Below are positions 8,091-17,191 of a DNA stretch of 64,000 nt, piece by piece. The notes under the pieces are model-generated. The model saw only the letters and a program-made list of their open reading frames with translations. It did no database searches and had not been told where the DNA came from. Source of the stretch: a virus; IMG/VR virus record IMGVR_UViG_3300042691_039251, positions 25,679 to 89,678 of that record; one strand, written 5' to 3'. The translations under genes and the position numbers were made by a program. The first letter of the stretch is position 1; each line of letters opens with the position of its first letter.

Positions 8091-9827
8091 ATGGTAGTAA
8101 TATATGTGACCAGAAATCTGGACCAATACCAGAAGACATTAGATTACACGAGAAGCACTTTCGTTGAAGGTATTAAGTACCTAATTATCCCGCCGACAGA
8201 GGCTAGAGGCGAGGTTTTATTTCAAGATGCAAGGATCGAATCTCCCAGCACAGCTGACAAGGGTCTACAGGAGATTCTGTACGAAACTGTCTTATCTTTG
8301 GCTGAAGATGAGATTCTCTTCGTTCCAGAAGGCAGGTTCGTCTCACCTGAATTTTTTAATAGAAGCATTTCGAGGACTCTCTTCTACGAAGAAGAAGGAG
8401 ATTCTTGGGGAGCTCTGGTGGAAAAAGGAGAGCTCTTCCCTACTGGGAAAAGACACTTCGATTGGATCAATCTCCAGAGCCTTGATCTTCCCAGAGAAGA
8501 CTTTTCTCTCTTTCCTAGGATTGAGTCTCTTCAGAAAAAAGCTGCTCTGCCCAGGATCCTGGTCTTTGGTGACGAGAACGTGCAGTTGAAAAGCATACCT
8601 ACGCCAGGAAGTTACGAGTCAGATGAGCTCGAAGTCTTTTCTGCTTATACTTCAAAAAACGCAAAGAAGCTCATTTCTGAGCTCGATCCTGACGTGATCC
8701 TCACGCTGGGAGAATCCTACAAGCTCTACCCTGAGCTCGAAAAGATGCCCTCTTGGCTGAAGCACCGCTGGATCCACGAGAACAAATTGAACGAGACGAC
8801 CGGGCAGAGATGTTACGAGCACGCTCTTCACATAATGACTCAAAAGGCAGATGAGTATCCTCTGATCAGCATCATCACGCCTGTCAGAAACATCGGTGAG
8901 AAATTGAGACAGACTTATGAGTCTGTAGCGGCTCAGACTTGGTGGAACTGGGAATGGATCCTCGTCAACGACGGAGACGACGAGATCACTGATCAAATAG
9001 CAAGAGAAATCTCAGCACAAGAGCCTAGAGTGAAATACTACGACATCAAGCCTCGATCTCAAAACAGAGTCGGTGAAGCGAAGTTCAGAGCCTTTTCTCT
9101 TTCTGAAGGAGATTTCTTGGTCGAGCTCGATCACGATGATATGTTGACTCCCGAGGCAATAGAACTCGTGGCTCTCGCTTTTGAAAAATACCCCAACGCT
9201 GGCTTCTGCTACTCTAACTATGCCGAGGTTGACGTCAATTTTAACGACCTCTCTTACGGTGGAGATTCCTTTGCTTACGGATACGGTCTCTACACGAGCT
9301 TTCACAGAGAAGGGAAATACCACACCGAGCAGCACACACCTCACATCAACCCAGTCTCGATCAGGAGCAATGTGGCAATGCCTAACCACCTCAGAGCTTG
9401 GAGGAGATCGACTTATTTTGAGATCGGAGGCCACAGCCGCAGAATGTCAGTGATGGACGACTTGGACATCATCATCAGAACATTCCTCAAGACTGAGATC
9501 GTGAAGATCGATTGGATGTGTTATTGGCAGTTCTATTTTGGTCTCTTCTACAACGAGAGCTCGACTACTAACACGCAGAACCTAGTCCGAATGGACATTC
9601 AGAGAAGAGCGAGAACTCTCTGTAACATTTACAACGAGAGGATCAGGGATAGATTTGAGAAGGATTTCGACCTCATCGATTGGGCCTACGAACAGAATCC
9701 TAGTGATCCGAGAAACATTTCACCGGTCCACGGATCGGGAGAGAACAGAGTGAACTACGTTCTCGATAGAGAGACCATCGAGAAACACCTTTACTATAGA
9801 GGGCTGAAGAGCGTTTATAAAAGCTAG
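8091..9827 (+). CDS. family 2 glycosyltransferase with N-terminal extension
   Basis: LISIITPVRN, WEWILVNDG, FLVELDHDDML, MDDLD. Confidence 0.85.
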   Translation: MVVIYVTRNLDQYQKTLDYTRSTFVEGIKYLIIPPTEARGEVLFQDARIESPSTADKGLQEILYETVLSLAEDEILFVPEGRFVSPEFFNRSISRTLFYEEEGDSWGALVEKGELFPTGKRHFDWINLQSLDLPREDFSLFPRIESLQKKAALPRILVFGDENVQLKSIPTPGSYESDELEVFSAYTSKNAKKLISELDPDVILTLGESYKLYPELEKMPSWLKHRWIHENKLNETTGQRCYEHALHIMTQKADEYPLISIITPVRNIGEKLRQTYESVAAQTWWNWEWILVNDGDDEITDQIAREISAQEPRVKYYDIKPRSQNRVGEAKFRAFSLSEGDFLVELDHDDMLTPEAIELVALAFEKYPNAGFCYSNYAEVDVNFNDLSYGGDSFAYGYGLYTSFHREGKYHTEQHTPHINPVSIRSNVAMPNHLRAWRRSTYFEIGGHSRRMSVMDDLDIIIRTFLKTEIVKIDWMCYWQFYFGLFYNESSTTNTQNLVRMDIQRRARTLCNIYNERIRDRFEKDFDLIDWAYEQNPSDPRNISPVHGSGENRVNYVLDRETIEKHLYYRGLKSVYKS

Positions 9828-10213
9828 AGTCTTCCCTGAGAATTTACTGAGAGACAATCATTACGATCGATCATCATCCAATGACCGCCGATAAGACCGA
9901 AAATATCGAGGTGGTCTTTTACTGTCTCAAGATCAAAGCACTTACAAGAATAAATGTCGAATTGAAAGAGATATGGGTGAACGCTGTCCCAGATGTGGAT
10001 GCTAGCGTGAGAAGTGGCCAAAGTCACTGTCCCAGTAAGACCTTCGTTGCCAGGAGCGTCGACGTAGACGGACGTAGGACCGCCGACGACTTCCATGTTT
10101 ACTTTATGGACGAGGTCTATGAACCATTGGTTAAGTACTGAAGTCTCACGTGGAGGGTTTTGAAAGTAACCCTTGATGAGGAGATGCTGATGGAAGGGCA
10201 CAAATGTGTCCAT
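9824..10213 (-). CDS. speD: S-adenosylmethionine decarboxylase proenzyme
   Basis: HQHLLI, GLTGTVTLATSHASIHIW (pyruvoyl Ser site), FDIYSCK; start MDTFVP at 10213. Confidence 0.85.
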   Translation of the reverse strand: MDTFVPFHQHLLIKGYFQNPPRETSVLNQWFIDLVHKVNMEVVGGPTSVYVDAPGNEGLTGTVTLATSHASIHIWDSVHPYLFQFDIYSCKCFDLETVKDHLDIFGLIGGHWMMIDRNDCLSVNSQGRL

Positions 10214-10276
10214 TAGATGTCTTATTTGTTTATATTTAATGAGAAATTGCAAAGAAAATGACATCTTGAGATTTTA

Positions 10277-10308
10277 TTTTCTCTTTTCAGCAAAGATTTC
10301 TATCTTTA
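10277..10308 (+). promoter_or_regulatory. putative early promoter
   Basis: TTTT...TC-N12-TATCTTTA. Confidence 0.5.
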
Positions 10309-10323
10309 GAAAACTTTAGAAAC

Positions 10324-10581
10324 ATGACACTAGAAGAATTAAAAGAACTACCTGCACACACGGTGTTCGCAACCGGAATCTCTAACAGCCCAAGGCTCCA
10401 CAAAGATCAGGTCCGTTGGGTTGCGAAGAGAGGCTATATTCACGACTGGGCAGTCTATTACTCAACTGCTGATAAAACGGTCGAAGAAATTACGAAGTGG
10501 GGCAGCAAAATCCACTCCTTGGATCTAGTTAAAGAACTCGTGGTTTGCGATGAGCCAATGATTAAAATGTACAGACAATGA
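10324..10581 (+). CDS. hypothetical protein
   Basis: 85-aa ORF. Confidence 0.75.
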   Translation: MTLEELKELPAHTVFATGISNSPRLHKDQVRWVAKRGYIHDWAVYYSTADKTVEEITKWGSKIHSLDLVKELVVCDEPMIKMYRQ

Positions 10582-10844
10582 AAAAAGCACTAGAGAGAGT
10601 CGGGATCTTTTTTCTTTTCGTAATCTTCCTTGTTTTTCTAGGCGGATTCTATCTAGGAACGAGATACACAGACAACAAAATCGGCGTTGATTCTCTGCAA
10701 CACAAAGTCGACAGCCTCCACGACGAGAACTTTATAATTGGAGTCGAACTAATGAGATGGGAATCCACGATCGATTGGTACCGAGAAGCAAATCCCAAAG
10801 AGGCCAAAAGGCTCGAAGATTGGAGATCACAAAACACTGAATAA
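10578..10844 (+). CDS. hypothetical membrane-anchored protein
   Basis: N-terminal hydrophobic helix then coiled coil. Confidence 0.7.
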   Translation: MKKALERVGIFFLFVIFLVFLGGFYLGTRYTDNKIGVDSLQHKVDSLHDENFIIGVELMRWESTIDWYREANPKEAKRLEDWRSQNTE

Positions 10845-11338
10845 TGACTACAAAAGAGATCATAGCTAAATATCCTAAGATCTTCCAGCCGTATGAAGGC
10901 AATCCAGAAAATGTGAACTGGTACGGAGTACCAAAAGGCTGGCTCTGGGTGATCGACTCTCTCTGCGCATCGATCCAGAACTATTGCGATTCATCCATCT
11001 CAAAGATGAATCCCGATTACGTAGAAGGGTCTGTCTACGATAAAGAAGACACAAAGACTCACAGATACTTACAGATTCCTCGAGAACAGGTGGTCTGCGT
11101 TCAGATGAAAGAAAAGTTCGGAGGGTTGAGGTTCTACACTGACGGACACAACGAGACAGTCGAGGGAATGATCAGAATGGCTGAGCAGATCTGTTCAGAA
11201 ACTTGTGAGACTTGTGAGACTCGTGAAGGCGTAGGCTACACTCGAGGTTGGATCACGGTCCGTTGCAGAGCTTGTGCCGAGGAGGCCGGAAAAGAATGGG
11301 TAAGCACTGAAGATTGGAAAGCAAAAATAAAGATATGA
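10844..11338 (+). CDS. conserved phage protein with QxKEKFGGLRFY motif and CxxC
   Basis: GW, QMKEKFGGLRFY, CETC, GW..VRCRAC. Confidence 0.8.
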   Translation: MTTKEIIAKYPKIFQPYEGNPENVNWYGVPKGWLWVIDSLCASIQNYCDSSISKMNPDYVEGSVYDKEDTKTHRYLQIPREQVVCVQMKEKFGGLRFYTDGHNETVEGMIRMAEQICSETCETCETREGVGYTRGWITVRCRACAEEAGKEWVSTEDWKAKIKI

Positions 11339-11814
11339 CAAAGACGAAGAAAAAGAAAGAAGAGAAGAAAGAGCTCAGCCCGAAAGAGATCGCTTGGAGC
11401 GTCTTTCTAGAAGACTACGATGATCCTGAGATCGAGAAGCGGTACGAGGGTTTCATCAAGAATTTAGAATGGAAGAAGAAGAGACACGACGATCTCGTCG
11501 GACCCCTCGATGAGACGATCGAAGAATATGAGGCATTAGGAGAGATCCTCTCAGGTCTGGTGAAACAGGGTCACTTTAGCTATGAGAATGACACTCTCAT
11601 ACCTAAGTTGAAAGAGCTCGAGAAAAAGGCTGATGAGATGAGGGTTGAGATCATGGGATTGAAAGCAGACTTTAACAAAGAACACACGCTGATCAAGAAA
11701 TACGAGGACGCTGCAGAGAACAAGCTCTTCTACCACTGGAGGTATTTGAAAGCGTTCGATCCCGAAGTTCCAGTCTGGACAGAGTTCAGAGCAAAATGGT
11801 CTAAAATCTTTTAA
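11335..11814 (+). CDS. hypothetical coiled-coil protein
   Basis: ATGA overlap start MTKTKK. Confidence 0.7.
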   Translation: MTKTKKKKEEKKELSPKEIAWSVFLEDYDDPEIEKRYEGFIKNLEWKKKRHDDLVGPLDETIEEYEALGEILSGLVKQGHFSYENDTLIPKLKELEKKADEMRVEIMGLKADFNKEHTLIKKYEDAAENKLFYHWRYLKAFDPEVPVWTEFRAKWSKIF

Positions 11815-11839
11815 AAAGTTTCAAAAAAGTTTCATTTTA

Positions 11840-11870
11840 TTTTTTATGTCGTGTTTTTTTATTAAATTTG
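11840..11870 (+). promoter_or_regulatory. Bacteroidota-type sigma70 promoter (-7 TAnnTTTG)
   Basis: TC-N12-TAAATTTG is an exact TAnnTTTG match. Confidence 0.6.
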
Positions 11871-11894
11871 TATATCACAAAACAATAACACCAC

Positions 11895-12080
11895 ATGGCA
11901 ACATTCAAGCTAAGACAGGACTACTATGGCAACAAGGACTATGGTAAACGCGCATTCTACCTTCTCGATGAGAACGGTAACCAAACACACGATTTCGTCT
12001 TTATCGACGAAGTTGATGAATGGGCGGATTCGATGAGATCGGAAGGACACACAGTTGAAATCGAATACTCAGAAGAATAA
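11895..12080 (+). CDS. small early hypothetical protein
   Basis: 61-aa ORF after promoter. Confidence 0.7.
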   Translation: MATFKLRQDYYGNKDYGKRAFYLLDENGNQTHDFVFIDEVDEWADSMRSEGHTVEIEYSEE

Positions 12081-12087
12081 CTAACAC

Positions 12088-12114
12088 GGGGTGGTGGACA
12101 ACCACCCCATTTTT
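12088..12114 (+). terminator. hairpin / terminator
   Basis: GGGGTGGT-ggaca-ACCACCCC then ATTTTT. Confidence 0.6.
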
Positions 12115-12135
12115 CAATCTAAAACTCACACCACC

Positions 12136-12426
12136 ATGTCAAGAGGAACAGACTTTAAAATCATCACACTCTCCAACAGAGAAACAGACGAAGAAGTAGA
12201 CGTTTACGTACGTTACAGCTGGTACTATGCACCAGGCGTCCACACGATGCCTAACGGAGATCCCGGTTATCCCGACGAAAGCGAAATCGAGATCAAGGAC
12301 TTCCACCTCAGCGAAGCACCTAACGATCCCATTCCCGATTGGGTCGACGAAGGAATGATAGAAGAAGCAATCTGGGAAGCCGGAGATGTCTTCACACAAG
12401 ACTCAGATTACGATTTTGACTACTAA
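12136..12426 (+). CDS. acidic hypothetical protein
   Basis: Start MSRGTD; NGDPGYP motif. Confidence 0.75.
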   Translation: MSRGTDFKIITLSNRETDEEVDVYVRYSWYYAPGVHTMPNGDPGYPDESEIEIKDFHLSEAPNDPIPDWVDEGMIEEAIWEAGDVFTQDSDYDFDY

Positions 12427-12438
12427 ACGCTCATTCAG

Positions 12439-12774
12439 ATGAATATCGAAATACTTTCAAACTCTTCAGCAGCTAACGGAACATCTTTTCACGGTCAGAT
12501 GTTCTATGCTACACCGCAGCAGCTCACCGACATCTTCGGTCCAGCTGAATACATCTACAATGACGGGGAGGGCAAAGTCAACTTTGAATGGACTTTGAAC
12601 TTGGTCGATCCAGAAACCGAAACTGAAAAGCCCTTCACCATCTACGACTGGAAAGAGTACAGAAGGCTTTCAATGGACGAAAAGATAGAATGGCACGTCG
12701 GAGCACACGACAGCTACACAGGTCTTCTCGCTCGAATTGCTATCATTGATGCACTAACTCCAAACGCTTCCTGA
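12439..12774 (+). CDS. conserved phage hypothetical protein
   Basis: GTSFHG, FG, KVNFEW, FTIYDWKEY, WHVG motifs. Confidence 0.8.
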   Translation: MNIEILSNSSAANGTSFHGQMFYATPQQLTDIFGPAEYIYNDGEGKVNFEWTLNLVDPETETEKPFTIYDWKEYRRLSMDEKIEWHVGAHDSYTGLLARIAIIDALTPNAS

Positions 12775-12793
12775 TCTAACTCTTTTCTCCAAA

Positions 12794-12826
12794 GATAGAT
12801 ATGCCAAAGCAATAATTAGTTTTGGC
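12794..12826 (+). promoter_or_regulatory. late box GATAGATA plus start-occluding hairpin (fibre 1)
   Basis: GATAGATA 12794-12801; GCCAAAGC pairs with GTTTTGGC, which contains the TTG start. Confidence 0.6.
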
Positions 12827-15800
12827 CGGATATCGCATTACCAACACCTCAGGCATCGCTCTCAATACAGATAACGAGGGCATCAGCATTCCCACCACGA
12901 ACAATGTGGCCGGGCTGAGGACGACCGGAGTACCAACCGGTTCAATCATCTTCAACACTGCTGATAGCCAGTTCTACGGTTTCAACGGAACGAGCTGGGT
13001 GAGGACGAGCACCTCTGGGACCTCGGGTTCTGCAGGGACTGCAGGTTCGAGCGGAACAAGCGGAACCTCAGGTTCTAGCGGAACTGCTGGGACTTCGGGT
13101 TCTAGCGGAACTGCCGGAACTTCGGGCATTGAGGGCCCACAAGGCATCCAGGGTCCACAGGGACCTCAAGGGCCTATCGGACCACAAGGAATCCAAGGAC
13201 CTATTGGTCCACAGGGATTCCAAGGACCAGGAGGCACGAGTGGATCAAGCGGAACTGCTGGGACTTCGGGTTCGAGCGGAACTGCTGGGACGAGCGGTAC
13301 TAGTGGAATACAAGGACCTCAGGGTCAGACTGGACCGCAGGGTCAGACTGGACCTCAGGGAAATACTGGACCTCAAGGCAACCAAGGTCCCATCGGACCG
13401 CAAGGCGTACAAGGACCGGGCGGAACAAGCGGTACTAGCGGAAATAGCGGAACTTCAGGAACCAGCGGTGGACAGGGTCCACAAGGTCCACAGGGACCAA
13501 TCGGGCCTCAAGGCTTACAGGGACCACAAGGTGCCCAAGGACCTATTGGACCACAGGGAAATCAAGGACCAGGAGGAAGCAGTGGAACCAGCGGCGGACA
13601 GGGGCCTGGTGGATCTTCAGGAACAAGCGGAACAAGCGGAGCTCAAGGTCCACAAGGAGCCCAAGGGCCGATAGGACCGGGCACTGTCAGTGGAACTACT
13701 AATTACGTTTCTAAATTTACTAATAGCACTTCTTTAGGAAATTCCATCATATACGATGACGGCAGCAGTGTAGGCATCAATGTGATTCCTACAGCACCTT
13801 TACATCTCTACAAGGCTTCGAACGCCTTTATGCAGATACAGTCAGCAGGTGGTAGTTATTCCTATTTAGAACTCGCTACACCATCAAGCGGAAGCGGCTA
13901 CATCATCAAAAATCTAACCACAGGAAACAGTGCTCTGAATAAGAGTTTATATCTGTGGAATGCCGATGGAGCAGTTCAATTCGTCCCTAGCGGTGTAATA
14001 GGAAATGCAACCACGGTCGATACAAGCGGCAACTTGGGAGTAAAAGTGATTCCAAGCGCATGGAGCCAGTTCTCCGTTTTGCAGCTAGGAGGAAGCACTT
14101 ATGCTGGTGTTGCATCAAGTAACACTTACATCAACCTATCAACCAACGTATACTATGATGGCAGTAATTTCAAGTACATAACAAACGGCGTATCTACACG
14201 GTATCAACAATCGAGCGGAGAACACTATTGGTATACCGCGCCATCGGGAACTGCAGGCGCAACGGCGTCTCATGTTCAGTTTATGGTGTTAGATGATAGC
14301 GGTAATCTAGGCCTAGGCTCTGGCACAAACCCTGCAAACTGGGCAAGCGGAACAGAGAGCGTTTTACAGATAAAGAACGGTGCAGTTTACGGATATCAAA
14401 ATTATGAAGTTGGCCTAACAGCAAACACATACTATAATGCTGGGTGGAAATACATCGAAACACAAACTGCTGCAATGATTTATATTGCAGGCAGCATGGA
14501 TTTCAGAGTAGCAGCAGCGGGCACTGCGGGGACGGCGATCACCTGGACATCACCATTGGGCATAGCTATTACAGGGGAAGTTTCATTTACAGCTATTTCA
14601 AGATCTTGGTCTTATTCAGCACCTTCTACAACCTACAAAAATATAGATTGGGGAGGTGGTGGAGCACTATTCAGAGATTCTTATGATTCTTACCTAACGT
14701 CAAACACATATTATAGCACAGCAGGATGGAAAGCTAAATATACACATAGTGGTGGTATTGGTACGTGGAGAATGTTAGGAGGTGATGTTGCTTGGCATAC
14801 GTATGATGGTTCTGTAACAGCAGGAACTGTGTATAGTATGACTGATAAGTTTTTTATATCTAAATCAGGTAACGTAGGAATAGGAGAGGCTGTTGATACG
14901 TTTCCTAACGGAGATTCACTGCTCATTAAAAATAGCGGTGTTTGGAATGTCACCATCGGTTTGCAAAATACAGGAACGGGCGGCAGAAAGTGGAACATAT
15001 TCAGTACAAACGACACATTTAGCCAAGGCGGCGGAAAGCTGCTGTTCTATCACGCTACATCTAGTAGCAATCCAATGTTGATTGATGGTTCAGATAGAGT
15101 TTGCATAAATACCATTACTGCGAGCAGCACCTATGGAACATTGACGGTAGCCGGTGTAGGTATAACGATAGCTAATGACGGTAATGCCAAACTGCAAATA
15201 GGCAGATATTCATCAGGCGTGCCTAACTCTTATATTAAATTAGGAACAAGTTCCAATAGTCTTCGCATCACAAACAATAATGACACTGCTGATGTATTTA
15301 CGATAGAAAATGGAGGTAACGTTGGAATTGGTACTACTTCGCCTGCATGTAGACTGCATATAGAAAGTGCATCGGCGTCTTATGGACAATTTAGAATTAC
15401 AAGCACGAGCAACAATACAGGAGAAGCTAGCATAAATTTCGGTAGAACAGACCAGGCCATAGATAGTAGATGGACTGTTGGCCAAGGCGTAGCTAGCATA
15501 GGAGACAGTTTTGGATTTTATACAGGCGGTAGCCCCAAAGTAGTTATCAACACTAGCGGTGATGTTGGAATTGGTGCCACTCTACCTGGATCTAAACTAG
15601 ACGTTAGAGCAGGATCAAACTATCCACTAATTTTAGATTCTACTCAACAATATCTGTTAGGTTTATATAGAGACGGAACGGCAGAATGGTGGTTAGCTGT
15701 TAGTGGAGGCGATTTGAAAATTCATGAAAATGGAGTAGGAGATCAAATCATTTTTAAAGCTGGAGGCAATGTAGGGATTGGGGTATCTCCAAACACTAAA

Positions 15801-17168
15801 TTAGACGTAAATGGAACGGGATTATTCAGAGGTAGAGTAACACTGGGAGCAGGCATTACTACTGGTCAAACTTACGGTCAACTGAATGTTTGGGATACAG
15901 CATCAGGGAGCGGGTCAAGCCGTATGGCTGATTTTACCAATGGCACAGATGCTAACATGAACTTTTATGTTAGTCAAATTGGTGCCACTACTAAATACGC
16001 TGAGATTGCAAGCTATTCTACGCTTCCTTTAGTATTGAACAAAACATCAGGCGGTAATGTTGGAATTAACATTTATGACCCTGCACATAAATTAACCGTT
16101 CAGAATGGAGATATTGCAATAGGTAATGGTAACCAAACATCAGGTGACTTCTCTCAAGCTCAGGCTTTACATTTTCTGAACGAAACGACAACTCCTTTAG
16201 CTACCATCAAAGCCGTACGTGTCAATTGGGCTCAAGGACAAACAGATTTAACGTTCTCAACTTACAACTCAGGAATGAGTGAAAAGGTGAGAATTGCATA
16301 TAACGGAGCTGTCGGTATTGGAACAACAAATTTAACAGGCTTAACGGGTAGTTGTCTATACATTAGAGCAACCTCATCCAACGTAGGTCAATCAGCAATT
16401 TCCATTCAAGATTACTTAGCTAGAAATCGCTGGGTGATTAACGGCCAAGACGGCGCAGACAATTTTTCTTTAAACATTTACTCTGCACCGAGTGCAAGCA
16501 ATGACTTTACTCGAAGATTAAGAATCGGCCAAGACGGCGTATTCTCATTCGGCGGCACAGACACAACTTACAGATACAATTTTGAAGCAGGCTCGGTCTA
16601 CATTCCAGGTGGTCAGGGTGGCAACGTAAGCACAGCTTACACTTCTTGGAACCAGCTCGTATTCGGTGATCAATACTCTGACGTAGCACGTGGCCCTAAC
16701 AAAATAGTCACTTATGGTAGAGGCGGCGGTTGGGTCGCAGGTATCGGAATACATAACGACACTCAAGCTTATTACGCCGGAGGCACTCACAAATTCTACA
16801 AGTTCGATGGTACTACAGCTACTCTCAATCTGAGCCTCGACGGCAGCGGAAACTTAGTAGCCACGGGAGACGTTACAGCCTACTCAGACATCAGGCTCAA
16901 GGAGAACATCGACACTATAAGCTCGGCCTTGGAGAAGACTCTCCGTCTCAGAGGAGTCTACTACAATAAAATAGGAGAGGAAAAAAGAAGTCTCGGAGTC
17001 ATTGCTCAAGAAGTCGAGGAAGTCATTCCTGAAGTCGTCTCTGAGCTCGAAGGATATAAGGGTGTCTCTTATGGAAACATGGTCGGTCTCCTCATCGAGG
17101 CCGTAAAAGAGCTGAACAAGAAAATTGAAGCACAAGACGAATTGATCAAATCTCTCTTAGATAGATAA
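12822..17168 (+). CDS. collagen-like tail fibre / receptor-binding protein 1 with S74 intramolecular chaperone
   Basis: TTG start, conserved 65-aa head, Gly-X-Y stalk, GNVGIG repeats, YSDIRLK...GVIAQE...LIEAVKEL. Confidence 0.9.
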   Translation: MAGYRITNTSGIALNTDNEGISIPTTNNVAGLRTTGVPTGSIIFNTADSQFYGFNGTSWVRTSTSGTSGSAGTAGSSGTSGTSGSSGTAGTSGSSGTAGTSGIEGPQGIQGPQGPQGPIGPQGIQGPIGPQGFQGPGGTSGSSGTAGTSGSSGTAGTSGTSGIQGPQGQTGPQGQTGPQGNTGPQGNQGPIGPQGVQGPGGTSGTSGNSGTSGTSGGQGPQGPQGPIGPQGLQGPQGAQGPIGPQGNQGPGGSSGTSGGQGPGGSSGTSGTSGAQGPQGAQGPIGPGTVSGTTNYVSKFTNSTSLGNSIIYDDGSSVGINVIPTAPLHLYKASNAFMQIQSAGGSYSYLELATPSSGSGYIIKNLTTGNSALNKSLYLWNADGAVQFVPSGVIGNATTVDTSGNLGVKVIPSAWSQFSVLQLGGSTYAGVASSNTYINLSTNVYYDGSNFKYITNGVSTRYQQSSGEHYWYTAPSGTAGATASHVQFMVLDDSGNLGLGSGTNPANWASGTESVLQIKNGAVYGYQNYEVGLTANTYYNAGWKYIETQTAAMIYIAGSMDFRVAAAGTAGTAITWTSPLGIAITGEVSFTAISRSWSYSAPSTTYKNIDWGGGGALFRDSYDSYLTSNTYYSTAGWKAKYTHSGGIGTWRMLGGDVAWHTYDGSVTAGTVYSMTDKFFISKSGNVGIGEAVDTFPNGDSLLIKNSGVWNVTIGLQNTGTGGRKWNIFSTNDTFSQGGGKLLFYHATSSSNPMLIDGSDRVCINTITASSTYGTLTVAGVGITIANDGNAKLQIGRYSSGVPNSYIKLGTSSNSLRITNNNDTADVFTIENGGNVGIGTTSPACRLHIESASASYGQFRITSTSNNTGEASINFGRTDQAIDSRWTVGQGVASIGDSFGFYTGGSPKVVINTSGDVGIGATLPGSKLDVRAGSNYPLILDSTQQYLLGLYRDGTAEWWLAVSGGDLKIHENGVGDQIIFKAGGNVGIGVSPNTKLDVNGTGLFRGRVTLGAGITTGQTYGQLNVWDTASGSGSSRMADFTNGTDANMNFYVSQIGATTKYAEIASYSTLPLVLNKTSGGNVGINIYDPAHKLTVQNGDIAIGNGNQTSGDFSQAQALHFLNETTTPLATIKAVRVNWAQGQTDLTFSTYNSGMSEKVRIAYNGAVGIGTTNLTGLTGSCLYIRATSSNVGQSAISIQDYLARNRWVINGQDGADNFSLNIYSAPSASNDFTRRLRIGQDGVFSFGGTDTTYRYNFEAGSVYIPGGQGGNVSTAYTSWNQLVFGDQYSDVARGPNKIVTYGRGGGWVAGIGIHNDTQAYYAGGTHKFYKFDGTTATLNLSLDGSGNLVATGDVTAYSDIRLKENIDTISSALEKTLRLRGVYYNKIGEEKRSLGVIAQEVEEVIPEVVSELEGYKGVSYGNMVGLLIEAVKELNKKIEAQDELIKSLLDR
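13017..13682 (+). repeat. Gly-X-Y repeat (about 74 triplets; GTS/GSS and GPQ blocks)
   Basis: Translation of fibre 1. Confidence 0.9.
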
Positions 17169-17191
17169 GCCAAAGCAAATCTAGTTTTGGC
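17160..17191 (+). promoter_or_regulatory. late box plus start-occluding hairpin (fibre 2)
   Basis: GATAGATA 17160-17167; GCCAAAGC/GTTTTGGC. Confidence 0.6.

Noticed and set aside
12801-12815. In-frame ATG-CCA-AAG-CAA-TAA upstream of fibre 1, suggesting read-through or stop recoding
   Set aside because: The ATG is not conserved in paralogues, fibre 4 starts with ATG at the position of the TTG, and TAA, TAG and TGA all end genes normally in this window.
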